64,000 nucleotides of DNA from Bdellovibrionota bacterium (GCA_044347745.1 JBIKUD010000004.1:2132-66131), one strand, 5' to 3'. Counted from the first letter of the stretch, positions 33,054-43,408 are shown. Translations and numbers: made by a program. The notes: generated by a model from the sequence alone, not told the origin.

Positions 33054-33328
33054 ATTTGAGAACTTGGGGGAACACAAGCTTCGCTTAATGTTCCCAGCAG
33101 GCGCAGTGTTTTAGGTGCCTTACCTTAGGAGCTAAGCCCCTCTCCTCCCTTCATAACTACTTGGAGTTCCTTAGCGCTGGCATGGTTAGGTAACAGAGCC
33201 TTAAGCTCAGCACAATTTGATTGGCATTTAATTTGCTCCTTCATACCAGCTGGTGGTTCCTCAATTAAAAAGGCGGCGATTCAACGCGCCACTAGAGGAA
33301 CGGTGCAGGTTTGTGGTTTGAGGTGGTT

Positions 33329-35542
33329 ATGTCGTGGCGTATTCTGTTGCGCAGTGCAATTTTTTTAATTGTATGTGTATTTTCGAGTAGTCCAGCGTGG
33401 GCCATATATACACGAATGCGTTTTACCGGCCCGTTTCACATTTCGAGCTGCCCCCCTTCGGGCCCCTCGCAGGTGGTCACAACGAACATACGGTATGACC
33501 TTGATTTTCGTCCTCTCCAAAACGTTGGTGCCATCGATCCGGTAGCAACTATCCTGCTCTACACCCAAAATCCACACCCGAGCTGCGCAGATGATCCGTT
33601 GGGAGCCAATTGTTTATCTTCATTCCCTCTGGGACAGCGCGCATTTTTGCCAAATCCACGTGAAATTCCAATCTCTATTACGAGCGCCATGGGGGGCCAA
33701 ACCTTCCACCTCCTTGCCGTGGGCTTTTCTATGGCATCGGGATCATTACAGGTTACGCACACCCGCGTTACTCCATTCCGATTTCTTGAATGTACGAGCA
33801 CACCAGCACCACTCGCTGTTCCCGGAGCAGGGTTTAGCTCAGGTCCGCCCGCTACCAGCGTGGTTGCTGGAACTCCCGCATTCTTACAAAACCAAACTAC
33901 CGTGGCTCACTGGGCTCTTGAAATTCAGCGTGACCGCCTGAGCGAAGCCCGCGAAATCGGCGTCATGACCGACAACGCCAGTGGCATTCAACGGGTAGAT
34001 TTTTCGGTCAATGGTGGTCCGATAGTTTCGGTAACGGAACGTCGATACGGCAAACGCGACGCGGCTCCGGGATATTTTATTACCGTCAATCCAGCTCAGT
34101 TTACTCCTGGCTCCCTTATTGAAATAAGAGCGGTAGTGTACCCCGTGTTCGGAAAAACTGCGGTACTGGCTGGACCAGTCACCACTCTTTCATCGGGATC
34201 AACCCCACCGACTTCAAATACGGGCTTACATAGTTTATTTTTGTACGCCGACCCAAATAATGCGCTGCCGAGGGCGACAGTTTATCTATCCCCAGGTGGC
34301 AATGACAACAGCGGCACAGGGTCGATTAGTGCTCCTTTTCTTACCTTTGCTCGGGCCGTAAATTCATTACGCACAACTCTTGGCAACAAACTAAGTGGTG
34401 GAACCATTGCTCTCTTGCCTGGTGACTATGTGCTTGGCTCTGGTCTGCCCAATTGGTGGACTCAAAGCGAATATCCAGACGGTTATCTAACTGTTGAATC
34501 GGCACCTGGTGTTCCTTCCGATCAAGTTCGCTTTGTAAATGTGCAGTCCAGCTGGATGGCGCGCTTTCTGAAAGTGCGTAACCTTACTATCTTGCCCCCT
34601 TTTAACGTTTCTATTTTGCGCGACGGCGATGGTGAACGAAGGGCACACCTCTACGTAGAAAATGTGGATGTGTATAGCCCGAGCCTTACCAGTGGGCACT
34701 TTAATTACGGCGGCAACGAGTTCGGGTTCAAAGCCGTGAAGCGTTCCTATACCGTGGGTGGTGACCGGGGCGTTGATTCCGCGTCATGGATTGCAAATTT
34801 TATGACCTATTACGGCACAGGGATCGCCTTTAACGACTCAATTCTTGTCTTTTCCTCGCTCGCCGAAAATTATGACCAGTATCGTCGTCATCCAGCGAAT
34901 CATGGAGACCTATTCCACATTCATGGAAGGGAGAAAAATATTCTTATCCAATGGCTTCTTCGCGGCGTGGATTTGTTCCGAATCCAAGGTCTATTCTTGT
35001 CAGCGGCCAAAGACGGGGTAGCAATTATCGAAAGCGTCAGCGATGTTGCTACTCGCGAAAAAGAAGTTGGCGCTCCAGGCAATGCTGCCCCTATCGGAGG
35101 ACAGCAGAACTTGATTATACGCAGCTCTGAATTTTTTGGTCAGGCAAACGTATTTAGTAATCCTGCAAACCAGCCGGGCAGCGTCTTTTTAGCAGACGGT
35201 GTGACATTCCCCATGAATCCTTGCAACACTTTTAATGAAGATTGCAATCCTTCTACGGGAACTTCAAACAACTCAAGCGGAGTGGTCTACTTAGGAAATG
35301 CCGCAGCATTAACAATGGTAAAATCGTCAGAGCCCGCTAAAACAATTGGGAAAGTCAACAAGGCAAAAATAGGCAAGCCCGCCCAAATTTCGCAAAAATC
35401 TCTTCGAATATTACTAAAATCTTTTCCTAAAGAGATTGCGCGCTTAATTCAAAAACAGACTGCGCTTTCAAAGCCAGCAGTCAAACGCAAGTTAGCTTTA
35501 CGTAGGTTGAACAATAAGGCAAAAAGCGTGGTTATTAGTTAG
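33329..35542 (+). CDS. Secreted protein, probably right-handed beta-helix (pectin-lyase fold)-like, with Lys-rich C-terminal tail
   Basis: Signal MSWRILLRSAIFLIVCVFSSSPAWA after GAGGTGG RBS; Gly/Asn/Ser/Thr-rich periodic body; ~70-aa K/R-rich C-terminus. Confidence 0.5.
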   Translation: MSWRILLRSAIFLIVCVFSSSPAWAIYTRMRFTGPFHISSCPPSGPSQVVTTNIRYDLDFRPLQNVGAIDPVATILLYTQNPHPSCADDPLGANCLSSFPLGQRAFLPNPREIPISITSAMGGQTFHLLAVGFSMASGSLQVTHTRVTPFRFLECTSTPAPLAVPGAGFSSGPPATSVVAGTPAFLQNQTTVAHWALEIQRDRLSEAREIGVMTDNASGIQRVDFSVNGGPIVSVTERRYGKRDAAPGYFITVNPAQFTPGSLIEIRAVVYPVFGKTAVLAGPVTTLSSGSTPPTSNTGLHSLFLYADPNNALPRATVYLSPGGNDNSGTGSISAPFLTFARAVNSLRTTLGNKLSGGTIALLPGDYVLGSGLPNWWTQSEYPDGYLTVESAPGVPSDQVRFVNVQSSWMARFLKVRNLTILPPFNVSILRDGDGERRAHLYVENVDVYSPSLTSGHFNYGGNEFGFKAVKRSYTVGGDRGVDSASWIANFMTYYGTGIAFNDSILVFSSLAENYDQYRRHPANHGDLFHIHGREKNILIQWLLRGVDLFRIQGLFLSAAKDGVAIIESVSDVATREKEVGAPGNAAPIGGQQNLIIRSSEFFGQANVFSNPANQPGSVFLADGVTFPMNPCNTFNEDCNPSTGTSNNSSGVVYLGNAAALTMVKSSEPAKTIGKVNKAKIGKPAQISQKSLRILLKSFPKEIARLIQKQTALSKPAVKRKLALRRLNNKAKSVVIS

Positions 35543-35597
35543 TTCGCCTCAACGCTTTACCAAAACTGACTTATTCACGGTGAACTAGTTAGCGAAA

Positions 35598-36683
35598 CTA
35601 AATCCGGGCTAACTCTTTTCCGAGTTTGTTTCTACGACCCCGGAATCGCAAAGAAACTTCCGCACCCGTTTCCATGGACTCATACATGGCGTTAATGAGG
35701 GTGAGCGATTTTAAGCCCTCCATGCCGTCCACAGCCCCGCCTTTGCCCTTTCGAATAGAATCAACAACTCCCTGCAAATAGCGTTGATGACCAAAGCCAT
35801 AAACATTCGGCGGGTTCTCTTTGTATTTTTGAAGCACCTCTGCGTCTTCCGGTAGCGGCTTTGCAAAGTTCCAGGTCCTCATTTCGTTTACCGCAAACCC
35901 AGCAATTTCTACACTGCCTCCCTCTCCCAAAATGGAAATAGAACCTTCAAGATCTTTAGGGCGAGTGGCTGTAGTGGCTTCAACCACACCCAGCGCTCCG
36001 TTTGTAAACTTCAGAACTGCTACCGCCGTATCATCGGCCTCAATCTGGACTAACCGTGTAGTTGTATAACTGAATACCGATTCTACATCGCCCATTAAAT
36101 AGGTGAGCAGGTCTATGTGATGACTTGCTTGATTTGAAATCACTCCCCCATCAAGCGACCAGGTACCACGCCAGGAATCCATGTCATAGTAACTTTGCTC
36201 GCGGCACCATCTGACACGAACCGTGCCCATTACCAATTTACCGAAGCGCCCCGCATCCATTGCGGCTTTTAATTGCTGCACGGGTAAGTTGTAGCGATTT
36301 TGTTTAACTACGAAAAGGCGCACTCCAGCCTGATCACAGGCTCGAATCATAGATTCTGCATCCTGGATGGTAAGCGCCATGGGTTTTTCAACGATGATAT
36401 GTTTGCCATAAGGAGCCAGCTCCAAAGTCTCCCGCGCATGCAAGCCGCTTGGCGTCAAAATACTAAAAGCAGAAACTTCAGGATGTTTCGCGGCCATTTC
36501 ATGATAGTTTGTGTACCAGGGAACGCCATATTTTTCCCCAGTGTTGCGTGCACGCTCCACTTGGATGTCACACACGGCAGCAAGCTCAGCGCCTTTAATA
36601 TGCTGAATAGCATCCAGATGTTTACCCGAAATTCTACCGCAACCAACAAGAGCAAATAAAACAGGAGATTCGTTAGCCGTCAT
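35598..36683 (-). CDS. Gfo/Idh/MocA family NAD-dependent sugar dehydrogenase (WbpB-like)
   Basis: N-terminal Rossmann LVGCGRISGKHLDAI and Gfo/Idh/MocA C-terminal domain; polysaccharide locus context. Confidence 0.8.
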   Translation of the reverse strand: MTANESPVLFALVGCGRISGKHLDAIQHIKGAELAAVCDIQVERARNTGEKYGVPWYTNYHEMAAKHPEVSAFSILTPSGLHARETLELAPYGKHIIVEKPMALTIQDAESMIRACDQAGVRLFVVKQNRYNLPVQQLKAAMDAGRFGKLVMGTVRVRWCREQSYYDMDSWRGTWSLDGGVISNQASHHIDLLTYLMGDVESVFSYTTTRLVQIEADDTAVAVLKFTNGALGVVEATTATRPKDLEGSISILGEGGSVEIAGFAVNEMRTWNFAKPLPEDAEVLQKYKENPPNVYGFGHQRYLQGVVDSIRKGKGGAVDGMEGLKSLTLINAMYESMETGAEVSLRFRGRRNKLGKELARI

Positions 36684-36707
36684 AAAAAAGGTTACCCTTC
36701 ACTTCAA

Positions 36708-37658
36708 TTATAATTGGTAGTTTGTCTCATTCTGAATAAAACTATTTAATTGGTTGCTGATTTCGTTAGTTCCCTGTACCTCCGGCGCACTCAACACTTC
36801 TGCTGCCTGGGCTTTGTTTTTCACTCCTACCAAGGCGACACCTCCCGCAAGGGAATCAAGCACCCAGCGCACACTAAAGGCTGCCACGCTACAGCTCCGT
36901 GCATCACAGATACGCCGGAGTTGCTGAACTTTCCATATATTTTTTTCTGCTTCCGGTCCATGGAACTTTGTATACTGAGGGTTCCGGCGTCTATCTCCTT
37001 CGGGAAACGCTGTTGGTTCTGCATAGCGACCTCCTAAAAGCCCCTGGGCCAGTACTCCATAAGCAAGTGGGGTAACTTGCCGCTCGCTCCAGGCTCTTAA
37101 GTATTCGAGCTGGCGCTGTTCGAGAAGGCTATATTCTAATTGGGCGCTAAGTACCCATTCAGGCAAAACCTCTGTGGCTAGGTCTTGGACATGCAGATTG
37201 GAAAGTCCAAAGTAGTTTATGATTCCTTTGGCACGAAGGTTCTCAGCACACTCAAAAATAGCTGTGAGCGGAGTTTGTCTATCCCAATAATGAAGATAAT
37301 ACAGATCAATAACCTCTCGCTGCAAACGTTTGCGGCTGGCTAAGGCGGCGGCTTCTAGCCAAGATGGGGAACTATCAAAAAAAGACTTGCCGCTGGTGTC
37401 TACGCGCACCCCCCCTTTCGTTGCCAACACGACATCAGGGTTTTTGCCAAAAAGCGCCCCTAAACGCTCTTCTGCTTGACCAAGACCATAGACATCAGCG
37501 CAATCAATAAAATTTACGCCTTGCTCAACTGCATATTGCAGCGCCGCTGAAGCATCTGTTATCGATACGTCTCCGTAGCCATGCACTCCAAGTGGTCCAG
37601 CACCGAGACAGATACGGGACACCAAAGGGCCACGCTTCCCTAACCGAATTTTTTCCAT
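36708..37658 (-). CDS. Aldo/keto reductase family oxidoreductase
   Basis: AKR signatures (GVNFIDCADVYG, (beta/alpha)8 barrel length 316 aa). Confidence 0.8.
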   Translation of the reverse strand: MEKIRLGKRGPLVSRICLGAGPLGVHGYGDVSITDASAALQYAVEQGVNFIDCADVYGLGQAEERLGALFGKNPDVVLATKGGVRVDTSGKSFFDSSPSWLEAAALASRKRLQREVIDLYYLHYWDRQTPLTAIFECAENLRAKGIINYFGLSNLHVQDLATEVLPEWVLSAQLEYSLLEQRQLEYLRAWSERQVTPLAYGVLAQGLLGGRYAEPTAFPEGDRRRNPQYTKFHGPEAEKNIWKVQQLRRICDARSCSVAAFSVRWVLDSLAGGVALVGVKNKAQAAEVLSAPEVQGTNEISNQLNSFIQNETNYQL

Positions 37659-38296
37659 ACACCAAGCTTGGAAGTTATTGTGTTTCCGAATCCCAACATT
37701 TTAGCGCAAAGCACCCAGGCTGTTTTAGCAATCAAATAGAGATCAAGCGCAAATGAGCGTTCACGGACATAACGCAGCCTCAATTCCATTTGCCGCGGCA
37801 GCACCACCTCGTCATACACCTTGCCCGCATCAGTTGAGCCAACGGCAGCTTGAAGGTCTGCAAATTCAACTGAACTAAAATCTGTAATGCCTGGCCTCAC
37901 TGACAAAATAAGCTTTTCGTCTCCGACATAGCGAGCCGTATACTCCGGCAATTGAGGCCGAGGGCCAACAAAACTCATTTCTCCAACAAGGACATTAAAA
38001 AGCTGGGGCAATTCATCCAATTTTGAGGCTCTTAAAAACTTACCAAGTTTCGTAATTCGAGGGTCATTGAGTGCTGTCGTACCACTGCCTTTATCCGCGC
38101 CGACAACCATGGTGCGAAATTTCCAAATTTTAAACGGGACTCCAAATAGACCGCTGCGCACGGCTCTGTAAAATACTGGCCCTTTATGTTCCATACTAAT
38201 TAGGGCAGCAATAACGAGCATCAACGGTGAAAACACTACAAGGAGCAGCGCAGCAAGGAGCAGGTCAAAGAGGCGTTTAAGAAAGTTATAACTCAC
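37640..38296 (-). CDS. PglC/WbaP-C-terminal-type undecaprenyl-phosphate sugar phosphotransferase (initiating enzyme)
   Basis: Single N-terminal TM, bacterial sugar transferase motifs (KFRTM, PRITKLGKFLRASKLDELPQL, VGPRP); 218 aa. Confidence 0.8.
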   Translation of the reverse strand: MSYNFLKRLFDLLLAALLLVVFSPLMLVIAALISMEHKGPVFYRAVRSGLFGVPFKIWKFRTMVVGADKGSGTTALNDPRITKLGKFLRASKLDELPQLFNVLVGEMSFVGPRPQLPEYTARYVGDEKLILSVRPGITDFSSVEFADLQAAVGSTDAGKVYDEVVLPRQMELRLRYVRERSFALDLYLIAKTAWVLCAKMLGFGNTITSKLGVWKKFG

Positions 38297-38301
38297 TTAT
38301 C

Positions 38302-39078
38302 TTAATCCAAAATGGCGAATCCTATGTAAGGATCAAATTCAAATCTTTGCAGCCTTAAATTCCTTAATCCCACAGATTCAAGCGTTGCTTGGGTTTCGCC
38401 TGGCCAAATAGGATTATCCAGTTCATCGAATGCCAAAATGGCACCTTTGGGCATTCGTGGAACTAAATGCTCAAGACATAATTTTGTCGGCTCATACAAA
38501 TCTAAATCCATAAAAAGCAAACTTACGACTAAGTGGGGGTGCGTTTCCAAAAAGTTTGGCAATGTTTGACGAATATCGCCCTTTACTAACTCAACCTTTG
38601 GCACATGCCCCAAAAAGCGATTTTGATCATAGACCTCAACAAGTTTGCTGAGTTCCTGATACGAATCGGCAGCAAGCTGACCTTTTTGTGGCACAAAGTT
38701 TGTTGTTTTGTCCTTCGCATGACTATCAACAAAACCTGAGAACGTATCAAAGCCATAGATACGGCGGGTCAAATTATTCGGCTCCAAAACTGCCGAAAAA
38801 TTAGCCCAAGACATGAGGCCAAAACCTTCATTCACGCCGCACTCAACCAGCGATCCCTTCACCGGCAAGGAGAGTTTAAAAAGTTCATACAAGGCCAAAT
38901 ATCTGGTCACTTTTTGGCGTTTTAGATACTTGGGGAAGTGCTCAAGCTTAACGTGGGTTGGCGCTGGATTTGCGTCGAAAAGCTCCCCAAGACGCGGCCC
39001 CACACTTGCCTCAGTTGCTGTGCGAAAACCACCCTCAGGCTTCAGCACTACATCCTTTAACGCTGCATTATCTGACAT
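38302..39078 (-). CDS. TylF/MycF-family class I SAM-dependent (sugar) O-methyltransferase
   Basis: LVECGVNEGFG SAM motif, Mg-binding FMDLDLYEPT, macrocin-O-MT-like length. Confidence 0.75.
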   Translation of the reverse strand: MSDNAALKDVVLKPEGGFRTATEASVGPRLGELFDANPAPTHVKLEHFPKYLKRQKVTRYLALYELFKLSLPVKGSLVECGVNEGFGLMSWANFSAVLEPNNLTRRIYGFDTFSGFVDSHAKDKTTNFVPQKGQLAADSYQELSKLVEVYDQNRFLGHVPKVELVKGDIRQTLPNFLETHPHLVVSLLFMDLDLYEPTKLCLEHLVPRMPKGAILAFDELDNPIWPGETQATLESVGLRNLRLQRFEFDPYIGFAILD

Positions 39079-40051
39079 ATTGTGCCTTTTGTGCCTGATG
39101 GCCAGGCTTCGATGTAAACAAAGCTGAAATACGCTTATACACTCCTAAATCGTCAAGACCGACGTGGCTGCGTAAATAAGCATTATCGCCGACAGCCTCA
39201 AAATAGGCGTCAGGTAATCCGAGTCTCATAAAGTCCCCGCGGTAGCCTCGTTCAAGAATTAATTCAGAGACTGCGGAACCGAGCCCGCCGATAATGGAAT
39301 GCTCTTCTAAGGTAATAACTGTGGTTGCTTCAGAAAGAATTGACTCAATGAGCATCATATCGAGCGGCTTAATGGTGGGGACGCTCCAAACAGAAACTGG
39401 TGTCCCCTCGGCCTTAAGTTTTGAAGCCACTGTATGTGCCGTCGCCAACATTGGCCCAGAACTAAGAAGATAACGCCCACCGTCATTGGTTAAGCGTATC
39501 GCTTTCCCAATACCTACTTTTGGCAATTCTTGATGAACGACATCTGCACTGTCACGGGCGAGACGCAAATACAAAGGACCATTAAAATCAAGCGAACTTT
39601 CAGTCAGCATTCGCGCTTCTAGTTTGTCGCCGGGCGCCACGACTGTCATTCCAGGCAGTGAGCGCATTAACGCCACATCCTCGAATGCATGGTGCGTTAT
39701 GCCTTCCATCGGATATCCAAGACCCGCACCTATTCCAACGAGTCGCACCGGAGCTTTATGAGCACAAACGTCAACGCGCACTTGCTCAAAAGCCCGCATA
39801 ACCAAAAAAGGCGCCATCGAATAGCAATAAACCTTCTTGCCCATGAGTGCCATAGAAGCAGCCACACTCACCATATTGGATTCTGCAACGCCGGCATTTA
39901 TAAAGCGCGGCCCCAAGACAGATCGCAAATTATCAAAAATGCGAAACCCCAAGTCTCCGGTAAGCAGCACGACATCCTTATCTTCGCGAGCCAAAGCGGT
40001 TAGAGTATCTATAAAAGTAGTTCTCATGCGCATCCCCCTTGCGCTGCACAC
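39068..40051 (-). CDS. Transketolase, C-terminal subunit (split transketolase)
   Basis: Pyr and C-terminal transketolase domains (~327 aa), paired with N-terminal subunit gene upstream, 28-bp overlap. Confidence 0.8.
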   Translation of the reverse strand: MCSARGMRMRTTFIDTLTALAREDKDVVLLTGDLGFRIFDNLRSVLGPRFINAGVAESNMVSVAASMALMGKKVYCYSMAPFLVMRAFEQVRVDVCAHKAPVRLVGIGAGLGYPMEGITHHAFEDVALMRSLPGMTVVAPGDKLEARMLTESSLDFNGPLYLRLARDSADVVHQELPKVGIGKAIRLTNDGGRYLLSSGPMLATAHTVASKLKAEGTPVSVWSVPTIKPLDMMLIESILSEATTVITLEEHSIIGGLGSAVSELILERGYRGDFMRLGLPDAYFEAVGDNAYLRSHVGLDDLGVYKRISALFTSKPGHQAQKAQYVR

Positions 40052-40881
40052 TCTGCAATTTGAGCATCTATCTCTTGGCGAGCAGCAGCCAGTTCTTTTT
40101 CATCAGGGCAACGATAATGCCAAAGTAGCGTATCCCGCATAAAGGAAACTCCCTGCCCCTTAAACGTATGCAAAATGAGCACCTGGGGTTTCCCACGAAT
40201 CGACGCTGTAGCCTTGAGAGATTTTACTACGGCATTAACATCGTTGCCTTGAACCTCGGAGACGGCCCAGCCAAATGCTTCAAATTTTTTTCCTAACGGT
40301 TCTAGACCAAGCACCTCTTCACAACGTCCGAGAGCCTGGATTTTATTATAATCAACCAAGGCTATTAAATTATCTAGCTTATGCTGAGCCGCGAACAAGA
40401 CTGCTTCCCAGCTACTTCCTTCGTTTAGCTCACCGTCAGAGAGCAGCACAAAGGAGCGAGCAATCGAGGCATCAAGCTTCATGGTCCATGCGGCCCCGGC
40501 CGCTAGAGACAATCCATGGCCTAGCGACCCCCCACTTGATTCTATGCCCCAAGCCGGGTTGCGTTTCTGATGATGTTCAAGGGTGCCACCAGAAATACCG
40601 TAACGCTTATACACCTCGTCAGGTAGGAATCCCTTTTTGTTCAGCACCGTGTAAAGCGCCAAGCAAGCGTGGCCTTTACTGAGGAAAAATCTGTCCCTAT
40701 GGGCAGCTTGAAGAGTCTCTGCCGTAACTTGCAGTTCTGAAAAATAAAGGGCCACTAATGCTTCGACACACGAGAAGCAACTCCCCAGATGTGGACTCGC
40801 CGTGGCATGAGTTACATCCAAAATTTGGCGACGCACCTCGGCACATATAAGGCCTAAATTCGGATTTCTGACTTCTGACAT
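40024..40881 (-). CDS. Transketolase, N-terminal (ThDP-binding) subunit (split transketolase)
   Basis: ThDP-binding GDG(X)n N motif region (LLSDGELNEGSSWEA), 285 aa. Confidence 0.8.
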   Translation of the reverse strand: MSEVRNPNLGLICAEVRRQILDVTHATASPHLGSCFSCVEALVALYFSELQVTAETLQAAHRDRFFLSKGHACLALYTVLNKKGFLPDEVYKRYGISGGTLEHHQKRNPAWGIESSGGSLGHGLSLAAGAAWTMKLDASIARSFVLLSDGELNEGSSWEAVLFAAQHKLDNLIALVDYNKIQALGRCEEVLGLEPLGKKFEAFGWAVSEVQGNDVNAVVKSLKATASIRGKPQVLILHTFKGQGVSFMRDTLLWHYRCPDEKELAAARQEIDAQIAECAAQGGCA

Positions 40882-40894
40882 TACACACCTCGCA

Positions 40895-42019
40895 TTAGCG
40901 CGTAGCAGTCGATTGCTGGGCTTCCAAAGCTTGCCTTAAACAGGTAGCCACCCACTGCTGCTGCTCGGCGCTTAGTTCAGCATACATAGGAATTGACATA
41001 ATTCGGTGCATGCCCCGTGCTGCATTGGGGTGGGCGTTTCCGTCTAGCCCCAAATACGCATACGCCTGGGTAAGAGGGAGCGAGATAGGATAATGAATCC
41101 CTGTATGGACTCCACGCTGTAAAAGGAAATCTTGCACACGTTCACGGTTTTCTACCTGCACAACATACAAATGGAAAACATGACTGGCATAGTCGGGAAC
41201 CACTGGAATCTGCGCTACTATTCCCTTAAGCAGATCATGATAGACACCTGCGTGCTCTTGCCGCAGTTCCGTCCATTTTTTTAAATACGGCAACTTGGCG
41301 CTCAATATGGCTGCCTGCAAACCATCCAGGCGGCTGTTTCGACCCTCTAATCCGTGATCAAACTTACCGAGTCTCCCGTGGTCACACACCATGCGGCTGT
41401 GTTTCGCAAGATTCTCGTCATTGGTTACAATTGCTCCGGCATCTCCGTACGCGCCTAGGTTTTTTCCCGGAAAAAAACTAAATGTGGCCATATGCCCCAT
41501 GGTGCCAGCAACTCGGCCTTTATAGGTTGCTCCATGTGCCTGGGCACAATCTTCAATCACTTTAAGTTCAAATTTTTTCGCCAATGTTAAAATAGGGTCC
41601 ATGTCAGCAGTGAGTCCGTAGAGGTGCACGGGTATAATTGCCCTGGTTCTCTCTGTAATAGCCTCTTCCAGCTTTGCGACATCCATGGTGTAGGTAATCG
41701 GGTCGTTATCAACAAACACCACCTTCGCACCCGCTGTAGTCACAGATTCCGAAGTAGATATCCAGGTGTTCGCGGGCACTATAACTTCATCCCCAGGTCC
41801 TATCCCCAAAACCCGCAAAGCAACTTCAATTGCATCTGTGCCGTTGGCGCAAGGCACACAGTGGGCAACTCCCAGATAATCGGCAAACTCACGCTCAAAT
41901 TTTTCGACGTACTTACCTTTTATAAAAGCTGTTTCGCTAATTACGCGGCCCATGGCCTCATCAATTTCTTTTTTGATTGAATTGTATTGAGCCTTTAGGT
42001 CTACGAATGGAACTTCCAT
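40895..42019 (-). CDS. DegT/DnrJ/EryC1/StrS-family sugar aminotransferase (WbpE/PglE-like)
   Basis: Starts MEVPFVDLKAQY..., PLP fold-type I sugar aminotransferase signature throughout. Confidence 0.85.
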   Translation of the reverse strand: MEVPFVDLKAQYNSIKKEIDEAMGRVISETAFIKGKYVEKFEREFADYLGVAHCVPCANGTDAIEVALRVLGIGPGDEVIVPANTWISTSESVTTAGAKVVFVDNDPITYTMDVAKLEEAITERTRAIIPVHLYGLTADMDPILTLAKKFELKVIEDCAQAHGATYKGRVAGTMGHMATFSFFPGKNLGAYGDAGAIVTNDENLAKHSRMVCDHGRLGKFDHGLEGRNSRLDGLQAAILSAKLPYLKKWTELRQEHAGVYHDLLKGIVAQIPVVPDYASHVFHLYVVQVENRERVQDFLLQRGVHTGIHYPISLPLTQAYAYLGLDGNAHPNAARGMHRIMSIPMYAELSAEQQQWVATCLRQALEAQQSTATR

Positions 42020-42241
42020 TTTTTTTCCTCTATTTCCACAAATTCTGGTGACAAATTGCAAGTTTTTGTCTTTTTGTTAGGGACAAGTCGAAGTATAACG
42101 ATGTTAACTATTACGCGCTATGACAAATTCAACTCAAAGCGCATATTTGTTTAAACCCGGGCTGTTTCATTTTTTCAAATGTGGAGCATGCCGGTAGTGT
42201 TTGAGCCCCGCATATAAGGGCCACATTTAAAGGGGCATAAG

Positions 42242-42718
42242 GTGGCAGCACCAATTCTATTAAAAACTGGCATCGTTAACTGTTCTTTTGGTGAGCAGGT
42301 TAAAGTTGTTGAGCCTGTAAACCTTTATGGCTGCCAGATAGGAGATGGCTGTTTTGTTGGCCCATTTGTAGAAATTCAAGCTGGGGTCGAAATAGGCCCC
42401 CGCTGCCGTATCCAGTCTCACGCTTTTATTTGCGAACTTGTCAAAATTGGCGCCGATTGTTTTATCTCTCACGGTGCCATGTTTATAAACGACCGCTTTG
42501 AAACCGGTGGGCCAGCGCGAGGCCGTAAAGAGCTTTGGAAGCATACTTCCATCGGCAATAATGTAAGTATCGGAACAAACGCCACCATTCTTCCAGTACG
42601 CATCTGCGATAATGTGGTGATTGGTGCCGGCGCGGTGGTAACAAAAGACATTAGCAAACCGGGAATATATGTAGGTAATCCCGCACGTTTACTTCGAGCC
42701 CTCCCCTCTCCAAAGTAG
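42242..42718 (+). CDS. Hexapeptide-repeat (LbH) sugar N-acetyltransferase (WbpD/PglD-like)
   Basis: Repeating [LIV]G..xx hexapeptides along the 158 aa. Confidence 0.7.
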   Translation: MAAPILLKTGIVNCSFGEQVKVVEPVNLYGCQIGDGCFVGPFVEIQAGVEIGPRCRIQSHAFICELVKIGADCFISHGAMFINDRFETGGPARGRKELWKHTSIGNNVSIGTNATILPVRICDNVVIGAGAVVTKDISKPGIYVGNPARLLRALPSPK

Positions 42719-42724
42719 TTTTTT

Positions 42725-43408
42725 ATGAGCACCTCATCGCTTTGCATAGTGCACTACGGGCTTGGAAACCCTCGCTCCATTCAGAATATGTACTCACGCT
42801 TAGGAGTAAAGGCCCTGGTGAGCGCAGAGCCGCAGGTTATTAGCCAAGCTACCCACCTTATTTTGCCTGGTGTTGGCGCCTTTGATCGTGGCATGCAAAA
42901 CCTAAAGGAGTTGAATTTAATTCCGGTACTTGAGGATTCTGTATTAAAGCGCAAGGTGCCTGTGCTTGGTATTTGCCTTGGACTTCAGCTTATGGGCCTC
43001 AGGAGCGAAGAAGGAAGAGAATCCGGCTTAGGTTGGTTCGATGCCGAATGTATTCGCTTTAGGCTCGCAGGAAGAACGGATCTGAAAGTGCCACTGATGG
43101 GCTGGCGTACAATCATTTCTAAACGAAAAGATGCACTACTGAGTCAATTAGGCCCAGATTCTCGCTTTTATTTTGTACATTCTTATCATTTGTCAGGCCT
43201 GCCTGAAGAGTCCTTAGTCGCTTCAGCAGAACATGGCTATGAATTTCCCGCTATTGTGCGCCAAGGTAATATCATGGGCGCTCAGTTTCATCCTGAAAAG
43301 AGCCATACATTTGGAATGCGCTTGCTTAAGAACTTCTATGAAAATACGGGCATGGATCAGGGCTACGGGCCCACTGGCGATAAAAAGTCGGGGGCTTCGA
43401 CTCTATGA
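42725..43408 (+). CDS. Glutamine amidotransferase, HisH-like (WbuY-like)
   Basis: Class I GATase triad context (GICLGLQLM, FHPE); 4-bp overlap with HisF-like gene. Confidence 0.8.
   Translation: MSTSSLCIVHYGLGNPRSIQNMYSRLGVKALVSAEPQVISQATHLILPGVGAFDRGMQNLKELNLIPVLEDSVLKRKVPVLGICLGLQLMGLRSEEGRESGLGWFDAECIRFRLAGRTDLKVPLMGWRTIISKRKDALLSQLGPDSRFYFVHSYHLSGLPEESLVASAEHGYEFPAIVRQGNIMGAQFHPEKSHTFGMRLLKNFYENTGMDQGYGPTGDKKSGASTL

Noticed and set aside
33100-33140. Hairpin GGGAACA-(14 nt)-TGTTCCC after the GT-C gene as a terminator
   Set aside because: A 7-bp stem with a large loop and no immediate U-run; a weak candidate only.
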